Source: Octopus vulgaris
Taxonomy: Eukaryota
DNA length: 64,000 nt
NCBI GenBank assembly: GCA_951406725.2
Contig: OX597814.1
Span: 46,624,001-46,688,000, forward strand
Direction: 5' to 3'
Position 1 is the stretch's first letter; each line of letters starts with the position of its first letter. The notes below the pieces were generated by a model. The model ran no database searches. It saw only the letters and a program-made list of their open reading frames with translations, and had not been told where the DNA came from. Shown here piece after piece: positions 63,572 to 64,000 of the stretch. A program made the translations under genes and the position numbers.

Positions 63572-64000
63572 TGAGAGAGCAGTGTATGCTATCAAAGTGA
63601 CACTAGGGTAAAATATATGAAGCCCAATATACCCATCATGACCACCCATCTGATAAGGTTACACGAGGCACATGCATCACAACCATATGTGCATGACATG
63701 GTGATCTCATATCAAGATTAACAGCACATGGCCTTGCAGGTGGGACCCAGTTACAATTTTCTTCAGGTCGAGTAGTTCATCCTGCTCAAAAAGTCCCTGA
63801 ATAAGGATTACTTAAGGATGTTGAACGAAACACCCATGTTTCCAGAATTGAATTATCCAAACCCCAAAGAATTTCTCTCAACACATGGCTATAATGCTCT
63901 CACACTACTTCTGCTCATGATCAAAGATGCACATATCATCAGCTACCAAGGGACTGCTCAGCTGGTTACGGTCAAACAACTGACAAGCAAATCTGTGGTA
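63572..64000. repeat. Unclassified interspersed repeat (probable retroelement UTR or SINE)
   Basis: Composition shift, no ORF; family not assignable by eye. Confidence 0.35.

Overview
AT-rich, repeat-dense animal genomic DNA. The SINE, RTE and microsatellite landscape suggests an octopus or other coleoid cephalopod (inference). Two intron-split host genes lie head-to-head. (1) A complete SEC13 on the minus strand: 10 coding exons, 23073->992, 311 aa, all junctions GT-AG and phase-consistent. (2) A UHMK1/KIS-like Ser/Thr kinase on the plus strand: 6 coding exons seen, 50244->60379, continuing past the window, probably transcribed from a first exon near 30.0-30.2 kb. The rest is mostly decayed transposons: RTE, L1/Tx1, CRE, R4/Dong, CR1 and Penelope retroelements; a Helitron fragment and Helitron-like MITEs; hAT, pogo and piggyBac-like elements; several tRNA-headed SINE families; long microsatellites. 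The best leads are a possible multi-exon upstream ORF whose stop can overlap the kinase start (TGATG), a disrupted signal-peptide ORF nested in the last SEC13 intron, several near-perfect fold-backs in the kinase pre-mRNA, a pre-miRNA-like hairpin, a CREB3/CrebA-type site upstream of SEC13, and unusual duplications flanking insertions. No prokaryote-type system (CRISPR etc.) is supported. All calls were read by eye, without database searches.
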